From Mantamonas sphyraenae STR306 (Eukaryota; Protista; CRuMs): a DNA stretch of 64,000 bases. Both the position numbers and the translations under genes were made by a program. Within the stretch, counting starts at the first letter, position 1. Each line of letters opens with the position of its first letter. Positions 51,101 through 64,000 of the stretch are shown here, piece by piece. Location: contig JAPMXV010000030.1 in NCBI GenBank assembly GCA_026936335.1, positions 124,001-188,000 of the forward strand. The letters run 5' to 3'. The notes beneath the pieces were generated by a model that ran no database searches, was not told the origin of the DNA, and saw only the letters and a list, made by a program, of their open reading frames with translations.

Positions 51101-51725
51101 CACAATCAGTGTGCACAGTCCAGGCATGCAGCAGCAGCTGGAGAAAGAGTGCCAGGAGCGGATGGACGAGTGGAAGGCGGCGTCCGAAGAGGGCGGCAGC
51201 AGCAGCAGCAGTGGCAGCAGCAGTGGCTCTGGAGAGCGACGCATGTCCAAGTTGCCGTCCATGAGCAAGCTGAATCTGAAGATGGTTGGCAAGCAGGTGT
51301 TGGACGAGATTCCAGAAGAGGGAAGCGGTGCGTCTGTGTCCACGCCACGCAGCCGAGGAGTCAGCATCGCGGAGAAAGCAAGCGCAGAGGAGACACAGGC
51401 TGCGTACGAGGAGTTTATGAAGCGAGGCGAGACGCTGCTGAAGAAGAAGGGCAAGTTGAAACGGTGGGGGAAGCGACGGTTGTTTCTGTCGCCGGACTGC
51501 TCGCTGCTGCGCTATGGGATGGACGACGGCAAGGGAAAGTGGAAAGGTCTGTCTGTGGCCAAGATAGAGTCGGTGGACACGGCCAAGGACTTTGAATTCA
51601 CGGTGTACATGCAGGACGGGACGAAGCATCGGTTCAAACCACGCACGCAGCTGAGCGAGCAGCAGCGACGGCTCTCGCAACGCTTCTGGACACAAGGATT
51701 GCAATTTGTGATGGACATGGCATGA
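48158..51725 (+). CDS. LMBR1-family membrane protein fused to RGS-like and PH domains
   Basis: VLLPIDL, RSGYLTPGTRFK, FLGYGLWNVP, PICLNF, TAYQGFYGDMAYVP (LMBR1/LMBD2-like); RGS-like ~50550-50960; PH-like KRGETLLKKKG...RRLFLSPD ~51410-51720. Confidence 0.82.
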
Positions 51726-51761
51726 AAACATGGGGTTTGGGTTCATTTCATGTGTGGATTT

Positions 51762-54700
51762 TCAGTTGGCGACCAGCTTCAAGGTACCCACGGTGACACG
51801 CTTGGGCTTGTTTGCACCCTCCTCCTTCGTCTTCTTCTTGTACAGCTTGCGGTAGGTGTCTTGCCATGTCTGGCCTTCGTGAGGCTCCTCCAGTCCAAAC
51901 TCAAACTCGGTGCGATGGGCCCAGATAAGTTCCTCCTCCAGCAGCTCGTCCCACTCCATGCACACGGAACGAATGTTGCCAAGTTTCCACCCTGGGAGGA
52001 AAGAGAAGATGCGCACGATGATCTCGATGGGGATGAGCTGGAAAAAGTCGGTTGCGTCGCCCGGCTGCATGGTAGGGAAACCATTGCGGATCTGCTTCTT
52101 GAGGTTCATGTTGGGGATGACGACGGTGTGGCGCATCTTTTGGCCAGTCATTGGGGATACACTCTTGCTCTTGAGCCAGCGCAGGATGGCCTTGCGCTCG
52201 TAGGTGTAGCCGTCGGAGCAGAAAACCGGATCGGTCATGATCTGCTTGCTGAGCGGACACAGGAAGCTCGTGACGTCCAAAGGCACCGCCTGCTTCTTGC
52301 GCCTGCGTGCAATCATGTCCATCAGCGACTCGCCCTCCAAGTGATTGAAGCGCTTGCTTCGTCCTGCGACGTGTCCGTCGTCGCTGTCGCTGCCGCTTCC
52401 ACTGCTGCTGCTGCTGCTGCCTCCACTGCTTCCACTGCTGCTGCTTCCAGATGAGGAACCGATGGCACGGTTGGAGCCTGAGTATCCACTTGCGGCTCCG
52501 CCCAGGCTGAGCTCCTTGCCCGTAGAATTGTCCTCGAGCAGGTGCGAGGTGCTAATGGTGCCAATTTCCTCGTCAAAGGTGTCGCTGACAATGAGCTTGC
52601 GCTTGGGTACACCCAGAGAAGACATCATGCCAGCAAAGCGGCGCAGCTCGGACTCGAGTGTGTCGATGTAGGCTTGCTGACGTGTGATTTCCCGCTCGCT
52701 TTCTTTGAGCAGCTTCTCGAGCTCGGCTACCGTGCGGTGCTGGTTCTGCTGCACCTTGTTCTTGATCAACTGGCAACGTTCGCCGAATCGCAGGGTGGAC
52801 AGCGTCTCCTCTGCGTTGTAGGTGCTGGGCGAGCAGCAGATGATCAGCACCGTGCGCGCGTTGCCACCAAGCGAGTTTTTCAAGATGCGCGTGAGCTTGG
52901 AGTCACGGTACTGGATGTGTCGCTTCTTGCCCATGGATACCTCTGCGAGACCGTAGATGACCTGCGACAGAGCAAGCAGCGAGGTGTTGATGTTCTGCGC
53001 CTCCTTCAAGCGCTGACCCACAGCCTCGGTCTTGCTGACCTTTTCCGAGCCGGCAAGGTCGACCAGGTACATTTGCGACGTTTTGGTCACCTTTGTGCCC
53101 AGCTCGTGCTTGTTGACGCTGATCAGAAAGATGGCGTGGCTTCGTGAGCTGTCAAAGTTGGACTCTGTGCAACGGAAGGAGGGCGGGGGTGGTGGGAGAT
53201 TGGACGGATGAACCGAGTCAGTAATCACATGTGTGTGTGTGTGTGTGTGTGAAGTGAAGTGAAGGGGAGGGGAGGGGAGGGGCGATTGGCCCTGCTGGGA
53301 AACGGCTTGTCACGTACTCGTGGCGGCAACAGTGCGGTTCATCAGGCCAACCTTCATCACGCGAAGGACCTCGTCCACGTTACCGACGCGCACTTCAGTG
53401 GCGTCTGTGATGTATGTGCCGCGCTTTGAATTTTGGCGGATGATCAGCTTGCGCTTGATGTCGGCTGCGTGTGTGATGAGCGGAGAGTGTCAGCAGTCGC
53501 ATACGAGCCAGTGGGCCGTTCCACATGGATCCAAACGTACTGTTGATGAGGTCACGCAGCTTCTCCATGTAAATCTCGATGTAGGAGACGCGGACTTCGT
53601 AGTGGTACTTTTCCGGATCGGCATAGCGGATGGTTTCAAACATCTCGCGAAGCAGACGTGGGACGACACCCTGCAGGGAAGCATCCATGAGGCCACGGTC
53701 CACCTTGCGGTGGTCGTCAAAGCCGTACCCCTGCATGGTGAAGGTTTTGCCAGAGCCGGTCTGGCCATACGCCATAATGGCCGCATTGAAGCCGTTCATG
53801 ACCGACTCGATCAGAGGCCGACCAGCCATGGCGTACACTTGCTCCTGGGTCGAGGAAGAAGGAAACACGTGGGTGTACTCAAAGGTGTAGTGACGGGAGC
53901 CGCTCGATTTCTGTGGGAGTCCAAAGAGTGAGTTTGCGACAGCGCAGGACAGGGCGTGTTGTGCGACGACAGAGAGTGTGAGCGACTGCGCGCACATGGT
54001 TGCATGGGTCATGTGGAGGAAAGACACACGTACGTCATGGTCCAGCGACACCACGCGTGGGTTTTCGTCGTCAAAGGTGATGCAGTTGATACCGCCCTCC
54101 TTGATCTCCTTTCCGCTCTCGGGCCTGTGGTCACGGCGGTGTGCGGCATGAGAAAGGATGTGAGCACTGTGCACATAGGTCTATGGGCAGGTGTATCGCC
54201 TTCCTGTCTCTGTTTGTATGCTGTACGTACCGGAAGCGGCAAAACACAGAGACGGCTTCTTCGCCCTTGTTGGGGCGTGGCTTGGCCACCTCCTTTCCCT
54301 TTCCCTTTCCCTTGCCCCTTGCCTTGCCCTTGCCTTTGGACCTGTCCTTGCCCTTGCCCTTACGCACACGCGAGTCGTCTGCCACCTCCACGTCCAGGTC
54401 TGCTTCGTCGTCGTCGTCGTATTCGTAGCCGTCGCCAAAGTCGAATCCTTTCCCGTACTTTTGCTGCAGCGCCAACATCTCTTCACTCATGTCAGCAGAC
54501 ATGCTGCGCTGACGCTGCAACTTGTTCTTTCCATTACGTGCCAGAGGCGGAGACTGCGACGTCGATCGCTCCTGCAACGGCTGCCATAGGTGCCTGCAGA
54601 GGATACGAGTTTGAACAAAAAGTGTCAGCACAAGCAAACCCACCACCCATCGTTCTCCCGTCCCCACAACGTACCGAGGCAGAGCAGCAATGCATTGAGC

Positions 54701-55061
54701 AACGCAATGGTGTTTGTCATGTGTCAGGATCATGTGTACGGAGTGAGGGAAGCAACGTGTGTGCTGGGCACTGTGTTTGCCCAGGCGCAAGAAACGGTTC
54801 CGAATTCGCAGCCGCGTGTTATCGGCGCCCCGTACGCACGCAGGAGACAGTGTGCAACGTCATGCCCTTTGCCCCAGGCCAACTTACAGTGCCAGGCGTA
54901 GATCCCGAGTCATATCCGCCTCCCATGGGTCCGTCGTCGTCGTCAAACTCGATAATGTCGTCGTGTGTCGTGTCGAGGTCGCTGTCGTCCAGGTCCATCT
55001 GCTGGAGTGGAGGCCCCATGGAGTCGGAGTCGAAAGAAGATGCGGATGCAACAGTCGTCAT
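51762..55061 (-). CDS. Kinesin motor protein with C-terminal U-box and F-box domains, multi-exon
   Basis: VFCRFRP, GFNAAIMAYGQTGSGKTFTM, SYIEIYMEKLRDL, SSRSHA, LVDLAGSE, HIQYRDSKLTRILKNSLGGNART; FLCPLSKQIMTDPV...DGYTYERKAI; IPIEIIVRIFSFL...VCMEW. Confidence 0.9.
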
Positions 55062-55152
55062 GGCCACGGTGTGATGGGAAGCGGCTGTGTGCGACGGAAA
55101 CAAGGGATTTGGTTGGCCGGTCTCGCGCCAGCGCCAGCCACGCCAAAAAAGC

Positions 55153-56390
55153 ATGTCGGGCCAGCGAAAACTGTCGCTGATTGGAGGAGGGAGCCAATCG
55201 GGACTGAAAACCAACCTGCAGCGGTCTGTGTTTGGTGGAAACACAGACAGCCACTGGGAAAAGGTGTCGGCAAACGTGCACGATGTGTTTCAGAACCACA
55301 AACCTGCGGACGACGTCGAAACACTCAATCAGATCATGGTGTATGTGCAAGTGGGGTGCCAAGGAACAAAAGCAAGCGAGGGCTCACCCCGGAGTGCACA
55401 CACACACACCACACACGCACACAGACAAATCCTGCAGAAGAAGCAGCCGAACGTGCTGGTCAACGAGTTTACATCGCTCTTGGCCTTTGAACTCAAGGTA
55501 GATGACGCTGCAGCGACAGTGGCGCGATCCGTCCTGGTTCCTCTCGCGGTTTGGCGTGACTGACACCATGTTTCCACCACAGAGCGTGCGCACAACGCTG
55601 ACAAAGGCAGCGAGCAATGGTGGGTTCCGCGTGGAAGTGGGCAAAGATGTACTGCAGCGACGCGTGGGGCACACAGATGGACAGCTGACACAAGAGGGTA
55701 CGCGGCATTACAATGATGCGTGGCACACGGGTGTACACAGGGCGCGACGACTTTGTCAACGCCATGCAGGACGAGTGGGGGACGTACTTTTCAGAGGCAG
55801 GTTGAGCAAAAAAGAAGCCCTCGGTCCCCAAACGCACGTGAGAGGCACGCAGGAGACTGACACATGGACGAGGACCTCTGCACATGCACACGCTCCTCCA
55901 CACAGGTCGTGCCGTATCTGCAGGCCATCTTTCTACCTCTGGACCAGCTGTTTGCGGAGCAGAGCAGCAGCACAAGCAGCAGCTGGAGCAGCTCTGCGGA
56001 ACAGCTCACCGTGCAGCTGTTGTGCTTCCAGGCCTTTCGCGACAAGGTGCTCCTCTCCAGCGTGCTCACATCCCACCTTGAAGACTTTGTACAGGGCCAC
56101 ACTACGTTCCCACCACGGTAAGGGCGCCCCACCCCAAGCACGGTGTGCTTCCTGACACACCACTGACACGGACACCATCCAACCACGCGTTGTTCTGCCT
56201 CTTTTGCCACCCCCCCCCCCCCCCCCCCTCCCCACCCATCCCCAGTGTGCGCCAAATGGTCGAGCTGCTGCGACGACTCAACTTGAACGACGAGAACGAG
56301 GCTGTGTTGGACGACTTTTTCTCCGACTACCTGGCCCATCAGGTGCCCGAGGCGTGGCGATCCAAGGCGTTCAAGAAGAAGAGCAAGTGA
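55153..56390 (+). CDS. PRR5/Protor/HbrB-like protein (TORC2-associated family), multi-exon
   Basis: WEKVSANVHDVFQ...VETLN; QVVPYLQAIFLPL; LLCFQAFRDKVLL resemble HbrB/PRR5 motifs. Confidence 0.65.
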
Positions 56391-56412
56391 TGGATGCAAG
56401 AGAGAAGGGAGA

Positions 56413-59400
56413 ATGAAGGAATGGTTGATGACAATGGTGGTCCATGCGCTGGCCCAGGCAGAGGAAATGTCTGCTCAGCAGTTGCTGCAGCAACTGGCCA
56501 ACTCGCTGGCCATGATGATCCCTTCATCATCCAGCGAACGGTCACCCGTCAATGCTGTGCGTGAGTCGCGTGCTGAGCACCATGAGTTTGAGCTGTTGGA
56601 GGACTTTGTACAGGAGTTTCGCGAGTGGCGGCAGTTCACCCAGTTCCAGGCCACGGACGACGGCCAGCTGCTGCCCCAGAGCCGCAGCGGCGTGCGTCTC
56701 GAGGTGTCCGGCATGCTTGTTTCCAGTGGAGACGACGACGACGACGACGAAGAGGACGTGGTCACCGCCCTTCAGGGGTTTCCCGGGTTTGTGGACGCCG
56801 AGGACGAAGTCGAAGCCCAGTTCAAACCCACCCCGAGCCCGCCCCCTCCTCAGCAGGGCACACACACGTCTCCACAACACACACACACCTCGCCTCGTGG
56901 TGGAGCCTCCCTTCTCATGCCGCAGGCGGACGCAGAGGGCCAGGGAGGCTCGCACGTGGCGCACAGCCGCCACGAGCGGTTGGCCAAACTGGCAAACGCC
57001 ACAAACGGACACGTGCAGACACACGAGGAGCAGCAGGAACAACAAACGCATGCTCAGGTGGTCATCAGCGATAACGAGGCCAGCGAGGTGGACAGTGACG
57101 AGGAGGAAGAGGAGTATGGCTCGTACGACGACGACTTTGACGACGAAGACGAAGAGGAGCAACTTCACTCTCGACGCAAGTCGCTGCTCGTCTCTTCCCT
57201 CTCTTCGGAGCACAGCTTGGACGAAGCCATCGAGTTGCACGCCACCTCGCGTCACTCCATGATGCTGGCCACGCCGCAGCGCACACGCACGCCGTTGAAC
57301 GCGTCGCTGAGCAGTTCCGGCAGCGCCGAGGAGTCTCAGGCCATGTTTCACACAATCCTGCACCTTATCGCAACCAACCGCATCGGATCAGAGCAGTGGC
57401 TCGAACGTTCTGACTACACACACAAGTGGCGCATTGTACAGGTGTTGCGTGTGTTGACACGCGACGAAACACTACGCGTACGTTGCTCACAACGACCCAG
57501 ACACACACACACACACACCACTGACAGCTTTTGCTTCCGTCCCCCCACCCCCTACCTATCCATACACAGGCCGAGTTTGTACAGACAAGCGCACTGGCCC
57601 TGCTGCTGCAGCTCTACCAGGAGCTTGCGCTGGAGCACCTGAGCAACGGCGAGCAGCAACTGTGTGTGATGGAGATCCTGAGCGACATCAGCTGTAGGTT
57701 GGGATGGAAAGTGAGCTGTGCCATCGCGCAATGTTTGCATGTGTCGTGTGTGGGGATGCACTGACAACAACCAACAACCAATGACACAGCCATCCTGAGG
57801 CACCTGTCGCGCGACGACGGCAGCCGCGACGCAGTGGTTGTACAGGGAGCACACGTGGCCATGGTGCAGCTTCTGCGCACAAACGACGCTGTGATTCTGC
57901 AGCAGGTGTTGTCCTCGCTCATCCATCTTGCCTCTGCGTCGCCTGAGCTGTGCGAAGAGATTGCAGGCTTGGATCCGGCCGAGATCCTGCTGCGCTTTGT
58001 GCACGAGTACCCACTGCAGTTCAAAGTGCTTGCTGCGGATCTCGTGCACATCCTCAGCAGCAGCAGCAACATGCAACAGAGTGTGATCCAGTGCGAGGGC
58101 CTGGCCATCATTCTGAGCTGTCTGCACAACGGCGACATCGACCTGCTGGCCTCACTGACAGCCACCCTGGCCCAATTGGCAGCCAACACCGAATACGCCC
58201 TGAGCATGCAACGATTTGGTGCCGTGCCATTGCTCCTGAGCCTCATCACCCCTGATCGTCACCAACATTATCTGCCCGAAGACGCACCGGTGATGACATA
58301 CATCTGCACCACTCTTGCACTGCTGGCCCACGACGACTCCATCTCCACAGAAATCAAGCGGTCGAACGGCATCTACGTGCTGGGCATGCTGCTGGTGTCG
58401 CCCACATGGGACATTGTCGATGCACGATCGCCGGAACAGCACGCTCGATTCAACGTGCGTGCCAACGCCGCACGCGCCCTGCGCATCCTGTGGAGCCTGG
58501 AGCGCAATCGGAAAAAGTTCCGGCGTGTGTTTGACCACCAGACCTTTTGCCTGTTTGCAGACATGGGCCAGTACACGATGGCGTTGGAGCCGGCTGTGGA
58601 GTTTGCCAAACACGTGCGCGAGCTGTCTGTGAGCAAGAGTGCAAGCGTGCGCAATGGCTTTGTAGAGATCGACTACTTGCGCGGATCGTCGCAACGCAAG
58701 GTGCAGGAGTTTTCCATTGTCGAGGTGTTGGGTAAGGGCGCATTCGGCTGTGTGTACTTGGTCACCACGGGGGATACATCGTATGCCATGAAAGAGCTGC
58801 CCTTGTCGCTGGTGGAGGTGTTTGGCACTTCCGACACGGACGTGCGCTCCTCGGTGACGCAGATGACGTCCGAGGTCGACGTCCTCAGCTCCCTCGACCA
58901 TCCCAACATCGTCAAGTTTTTCAAGTCGTTTGCCCACGAGGGCCACATGTACATTGTGATGGAGCTTGTTCAGGGCTCGTCGCTGTTGGAGTTTATCCAG
59001 CATCACAGCGAGCAGGGGGGCCGCGTGCCCGAGCGGCAAATCTGGGCTATTTTCGTGCAGATCTGCTTGGCACTGCGGTACATGCACACACAGAAGAACG
59101 TGACGCACCGTGACTTGACACCGTCGAACATCATGGTGCAGAGCGACAAGGACACGGGAGGCATGCAGGTCAAATTGACGGACTTTGGCCTGGCACGGCA
59201 AAAGAACACCGAAAACAGCGTCATGGAATCGGTGGTGGGTACCATCAGCTACTCGTGCCCGGAAATTGTCAAGCACGAACCATACAACAGCAAGGCCGAC
59301 GTGTGGGCTCTAGGCTGCATCCTGTACCAGCTGGCAACGGGCTCGCCTCCGTTTGGCGGCGGCAACATCTTTGCAGTGGCTCAGAACATTGTGGCGGCCA

Positions 59401-60245
59401 ACTACGAGCCCATTCCCGACGACACATTTTCCGACACGCTTGTGCAGGAGGTGGTGGCTGCTTGTCTGACGCCAGACAAGGAAGAACGTGCAGACATCCT
59501 TCGAGTGTGCCACATGATCACCGACCACATCATGGGTGAATTGGACGCTTGCACACAGAGGCTACGCTCTCTCAAGGCGGAAAACGAGTACCTGCGATCG
59601 GCTGCAGGGTCGTCGTCATCGTCGTCATCGTCGTCGTCTGCCTCTTCGTCCATGCATCGGATGGCGTCGTCGGGCAGCATCGACCAGCAGCGACGATTCA
59701 GCCAGGCGTCTGTGTCGAGTGTGACGTCGCAGCAGAGTGCAGCGGCGCTGGTGCGCATGTCGCCGGCCAAGGTACAGCAAATCCACGACCCGATTTCGGA
59801 TTTGCTGGGCCAGCTGAGCAAGATCATGTTTGTGACGCAGTTGCCGCCGTCCATGGAACGCGATCCAAACAGGCGGCTGGTGGAAAAGTACAAACGGTAC
59901 CTGTTTGCGCGTCACAAGAACAAGACTGTGGACTTGAAGCAGGAGCTGAACCGTCTCCTGATTGGATCGCAGGAAATGGTGGATGTGGACTTTGGGACGC
60001 AAGTGGGAGGTCGCAACACGCCTTCTCGTCTGGGTGAGCTTGGCAACACAGAGGCGGCCGTGCTCATGGCCAACTCGCCGAGTGTGTCGACGCCGCGGGC
60101 AGGTTCACGTGCAAGCCAGCTCGCGCAAGAGAGCAGCTCAGCCAGCTCACCGAGTGTGGCGGTTGCCCCGTCGCAGTTTCTCACCTACGAGGAGCTGCGA
60201 CATGTGATTGAGACGGTGCTTCATCAAAATGGATTCTATGATTGA
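56413..60245 (+). CDS. NEK10: NEK10-like kinase (ARM repeats, central NEK kinase domain, conserved C-tail)
   Basis: IKRSNGIYVLG...RALRILWSLERNRKKFRRVF; LGKGAFGCVY; HRDLTPSNIM; DFGLARQK...SVVGTISYSCPEIV; IHDPISDLLGQLSKIMFVTQLPP. Confidence 0.9.
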
Positions 60246-60250
60246 GATGA

Positions 60251-63238
60251 TCATGCGTCCAGGTTTTCCAACAAGTCAAACATGATGCCCTCACGCTCTT
60301 CGTCCGAAATGTCACGCTTTGGCGGTGCTTTCTCGACCGCCATTGCATCCCGTGTGCCAAGCGACGAACCTGTTGTCGTCGCTTTTGGTTTGTCGTTGCT
60401 TTCAGTTTCCATTGGATCATCATGTGCAGAGGACGAAGAGGTCGTGGTTGCTGCTTCATCATGTTTCTCCTCTGTTGTTGCTTCTGCTGCCGCTTCTGCT
60501 TCTGCTGCTGCTTCTGCTTCTGCTTCTGCTTCTGCTGCTGCTGCTGCTTCTGCTGCCGCTTCTGCTTCTGCTGCCGCTTCTGCTGCTGCCCTCCTCGTGT
60601 TGCGGGTTCTTGTCGACGAGGATGTGGTCACAGTGGACCTGGTCGGAGGCACGGTAGGCTTTACCTGCCTAGTCCTGATGTTCTGGCGCACTGCCAGGGG
60701 AACATCAGACACAATGGCCCACAGGTAGATCTCGGAAGGATGAACGGTGGAATGGTCCACAGCGCGTGCAATGCGACCATCGATGGTGGGCTTGAGAAGT
60801 GTGGAGGGCATGACGGTGACATGCACGCCTGTGCTGGCTGAGGAATTGTACAACCCCATGTCGTTGGTGGCCAGGTGGTGTGCGATGCGGTGATAGTCCC
60901 TGCGAACTGTGGAGCGTGTGGGAAGCAGCAACATGAGCTCACAGATGGTCTGATCATACGCAGGCACTCCCATCCAGACCGAGTTGAAGTTCAGGAACTT
61001 GCTGCCCAGGATTGCAGAGTGTTGCTCGCGCAGGGGCGTAAACGCAAAGGCAACCATGTTGGGCACGGTCTCGCCGCGCATTTGCAAGGTGCCGGCCCAC
61101 ACCAGCTCGGTCATGTTGGACAGCTGGGACGGGGGCACGCTGAACACCGAGTCGATCATGGTGCGCACAAACACCCCGTTGTCGAGGTCGTGACCCTTTC
61201 GTTGCGGTTTGATGACCCCCGACGAGGTGTTGATCACCTCTGTCCTGTACAGGCGCTCGGGCAAGAAGAGGTTGGCCACGGAGCGCAGGATGCCCTGTGC
61301 AGCGCGCGGCTGTGTGTGCACATACTCGCTCAAGGGCACGCGGCAGACGTCGATGCGACGTCGGGCCAGTTCGGACAGTTCAGTGCCCTTGAGCAAACAC
61401 TCGCGACATTGCGGCGTCGCGTCGCTGTCGCCCAACAGCGAGGAAGCGTCGATCGTGTGAACGTCTTCCACTGAGGCAAGGGTGGCCAGCTGGGTGGCAC
61501 AGCAAACGTGCACGGGTTTGCTGCAGGTGGCACAGGGGTCAATGGAGGCCACTGTGCGTCTGTCATTGCTACTCTGGCGCACGCGTCCCCGCTCGTAGCA
61601 GATGGTGCACCAGGCCGAATCCTTGCGTGTGCACACGCCGCACGTGAACGAGGTCGAGCGGAGCAGCCGTTCGTGCCGTTCCCTCACCAATACCGCCGCA
61701 TCGCCCTGGTAGCTGTCCGCATCCTTCTCTGTGTCCACCACGCACACCTCGTTGTCCATCCCATTTGTGAGGTCGTTGTCATCGCCTGCGTCACGCAAGA
61801 CATTGCTCATGAGCTGCGCGCACGTCGGGTGGAAGGCCAGGTGGCACGAGTCGCATGTGACCAGATGGTTCTCTGGCAACCATTGGTCGGTAACATGCGG
61901 TGCTGTAAACTGGTTGCACTGGTGACACACACACGCGCTGCACTTGAACACAGCCGTCTCGAGGTTGAGTTCTGCTGGCAGGTGCAACCCTGGCATGCAT
62001 CCGACATGATAGTACAGCTCACAGTCGGAACACAGCACCACGTCGCGATCGTGTGCGCTGCCTTTGCCGCACGCTGCACATCGACACTGCTCACAAACCA
62101 TCCCGACAAACCCGTCGTCGCCGTCGTCCTCCTCTCCCTCACTCACGGGCAACCCAGGCACGCGTGCACGCAGAGGCTCCGGATGCGACGCGTCAAAGCA
62201 GTCGCGATGGTAGGCCACCTGGCATACGCGGCAGGTGTCCAGGGGGCGCTCGGATGTTGCTGGCTCGCCGCACTCGCGGCACAGACACTGGGGACACTTC
62301 CAATCTGCACGAGAGCCTCCATGCAGGTCCATCGTAGCGGTGTGGAGGCAATCCTCGTGGTAAATGCCCAGGCAATGGCTGCAGGTGATGCAGCGGTCGA
62401 GCTTGCTTCGTTTTCCGCACACATTGCACTCACACTTTTCGCAGAACCAGCGCTTGCCTGAGGCCAGTTTCACAGGTGTGGGCAGGCACGCAACGTGGAA
62501 TTCGGTGGAACAGCTGCAACAGGTGACTGTGGACGGCCGGCTTCCTGATGACGAGTTCAGCGGCGATGTGTGGTCGCTGCATCGAGGACACGGCTGTCCT
62601 TGCATGTCGATTCCTGAGGTTTTAAGTGGGGCCACCTCTGTGCCCCATGCTGGACTGGGAGGCCGGATGGAGACGGGCAGAAAGTCGTACATGTTGTACG
62701 GGTTGCCGTCGACCGCAGGCAGCTGGCGAAGCTGCTTTGTCAGCTGCAGCGGCGACACGTCCATGTCAACATCGCGCTTTTCCAAATCCAGGCGCATGCT
62801 GCGAGGTACAGACAGCCACACCCGCTCCATGTTCCCTCCTTCCGTGTTTGTTGGCACTTTGGTTGGGTTGATCTGCACCGACGGCACAGGCACGTCCGAG
62901 TGCCCTCCCATTGCACCCGCAGGAATGGACTCCTTGTAATCCAGCGTCCTCCCCCTTGCTGGTTGATTCGACGATGCTTTCTTCCTGTTGTCCTGCCAGG
63001 TTGTGCTCGCCGAATCCACCGTCACACCACTGATGTCCGGCGTTTCGCCAAACATGGCCATCAGCGCATCGTCCATGATGGCTGGGTCGACACCCAGTCC
63101 GTCCTCGCCCAAGTCGAAGGAACTCGCTGCCTCGGAGAAATCCGCTTCGGACAGAGACGCCTCGTACGGGTTGCCTGAGTACGGAATCGAAGCGCTGGCG
63201 CTGCCGTTGCTGTTTGCGCGAGGAAACACCTGCGCTGC

Positions 63239-63288
<50 letters not shown>

Positions 63289-64000
63289 ACTGGTGTGATG
63301 GTGGCGATGCTTCTTTGGCGCATACCGCCATACGTGCTGGTTAGTCTTGGACACCACAGCATAGCGCACAGCAGCGAGGGTGTCCATGAGCGGATCGTCG
63401 CGGCGGTCTTCGAGATTGAGATCTTGCTGCAGCTGATACGTGTACCTGCGCAACCTGGGCACTGTGCGCGACTCGGTGCACCGCGGACAAAACCAGTTGC
63501 CCTCGGGGACATGGATGAGCTCGGGCACCAAACAGTCCGTGTGGTACGCCTGGTCGCAAAAGTCGCACAGCAGCAACTTTTCTGTGCGGTCGTCGGTGAG
63601 ACACACCTGGCAGTGCTGTGGCAAGGCAACGATGGTGAGTGTCCAATGCACTACAAAGTCAAGCCCCTTCTCTGGTGTGCGTCCAACTTACGTGCGGATG
63701 AAAGCGGTAGGAAAAGGGATAGAACCAGGGCACCAAACCAGTAGGCCCCTCGGCACTCATCCCTCCCACCCAGTGCACCTCGACATATTCTGACGTCACC
63801 TTTGTGTTGGATGGGATGCTTTCCAAGCTCAACAGGTTTGCAATCTCTGCTTGCTTCATCGTCACCGTCTCTTCGGTGACAATTGTGGATTTGTGTCCGT
63901 CAAGCGCGACTGCCACCCCTGCATCGAGAGGAGGTTTCCGTGTGACCTGTGTCCTTCTTTTTCCTCTGTTCTTTTGCTGTCGCCTGCGCTTGGCCGAGGC
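60251..64000 (-). CDS. Multi-PHD-finger chromatin protein; 5' end may extend beyond the window
   Basis: CQVC...LLLCDFCDQAYHTDCL...VPEGNWFCPRC plus about 6 further tandem C4HC3-like fingers at ~61400-62590; AAAEAE repeat near the C-terminus. Confidence 0.85.
63233..63290. repeat. (GCT/AGC)n trinucleotide microsatellite
   Basis: Long perfect GCT run; similar AGC runs occur throughout coding regions (e.g. 7988-8020, 47052-47085). Confidence 0.9.

Noticed and set aside
55153-60245. Treating the whole region as one NEK10 gene
   Set aside because: The 5' part has its own PRR5/HbrB-like motifs and a stop at 56390, so two genes are more likely.
60480-60590. Tandem repeats resembling an array
   Set aside because: Coding AAAEAE low-complexity repeat; no unique spacers, so not a CRISPR array.
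63229-63340. Frame change in the PHD gene at the AGC repeat as a pseudogene lesion
   Set aside because: A GTATGG/GTATGC donor and TAG/CAG acceptors are available, so a short intron explains it.

Overview
A very gene-dense, GC-rich, intron-containing eukaryotic (protist-like, probably flagellated) region with about 27 genes. Intergenic spacers are often under 100 bp, and GT-AG introns are rich in CA/TG microsatellites. Most genes are ordinary: PPR protein, RPL26, katanin p60-like AAA ATPase, TPR, WD40, BRCT, two NEK kinases, FEX fluoride exporter, Rad6/UBC2, MAPKK, LAG1 ceramide synthase, Beclin/ATG6, eIF5, ATG16, kinesin, PRR5/HbrB-like and a multi-PHD protein. The standout is an intron-containing gene of about 1,900 aa (28836-34748). 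Its C-terminus has the hallmarks of a Fanzor1-type (eukaryotic TnpB-derived, RNA-guided) RuvC nuclease with an intact D-E-D triad and zinc finger. Its N-terminal part looks like a degenerate class-1 release factor (eRF1/aRF1/pelota) M+C module. About 60 bp after its stop codon lies a ~105-nt multi-branch RNA structure, a candidate omegaRNA or element end. Other notable items are an inverted, patchily homogenised duplication of RPLP2 and several unusual domain fusions (kinesin-U-box-F-box; LMBR1-RGS-PH; multi-TM-R-SNARE-SPRY). All domain calls are from visual motif recognition, and exon boundaries are inferred.
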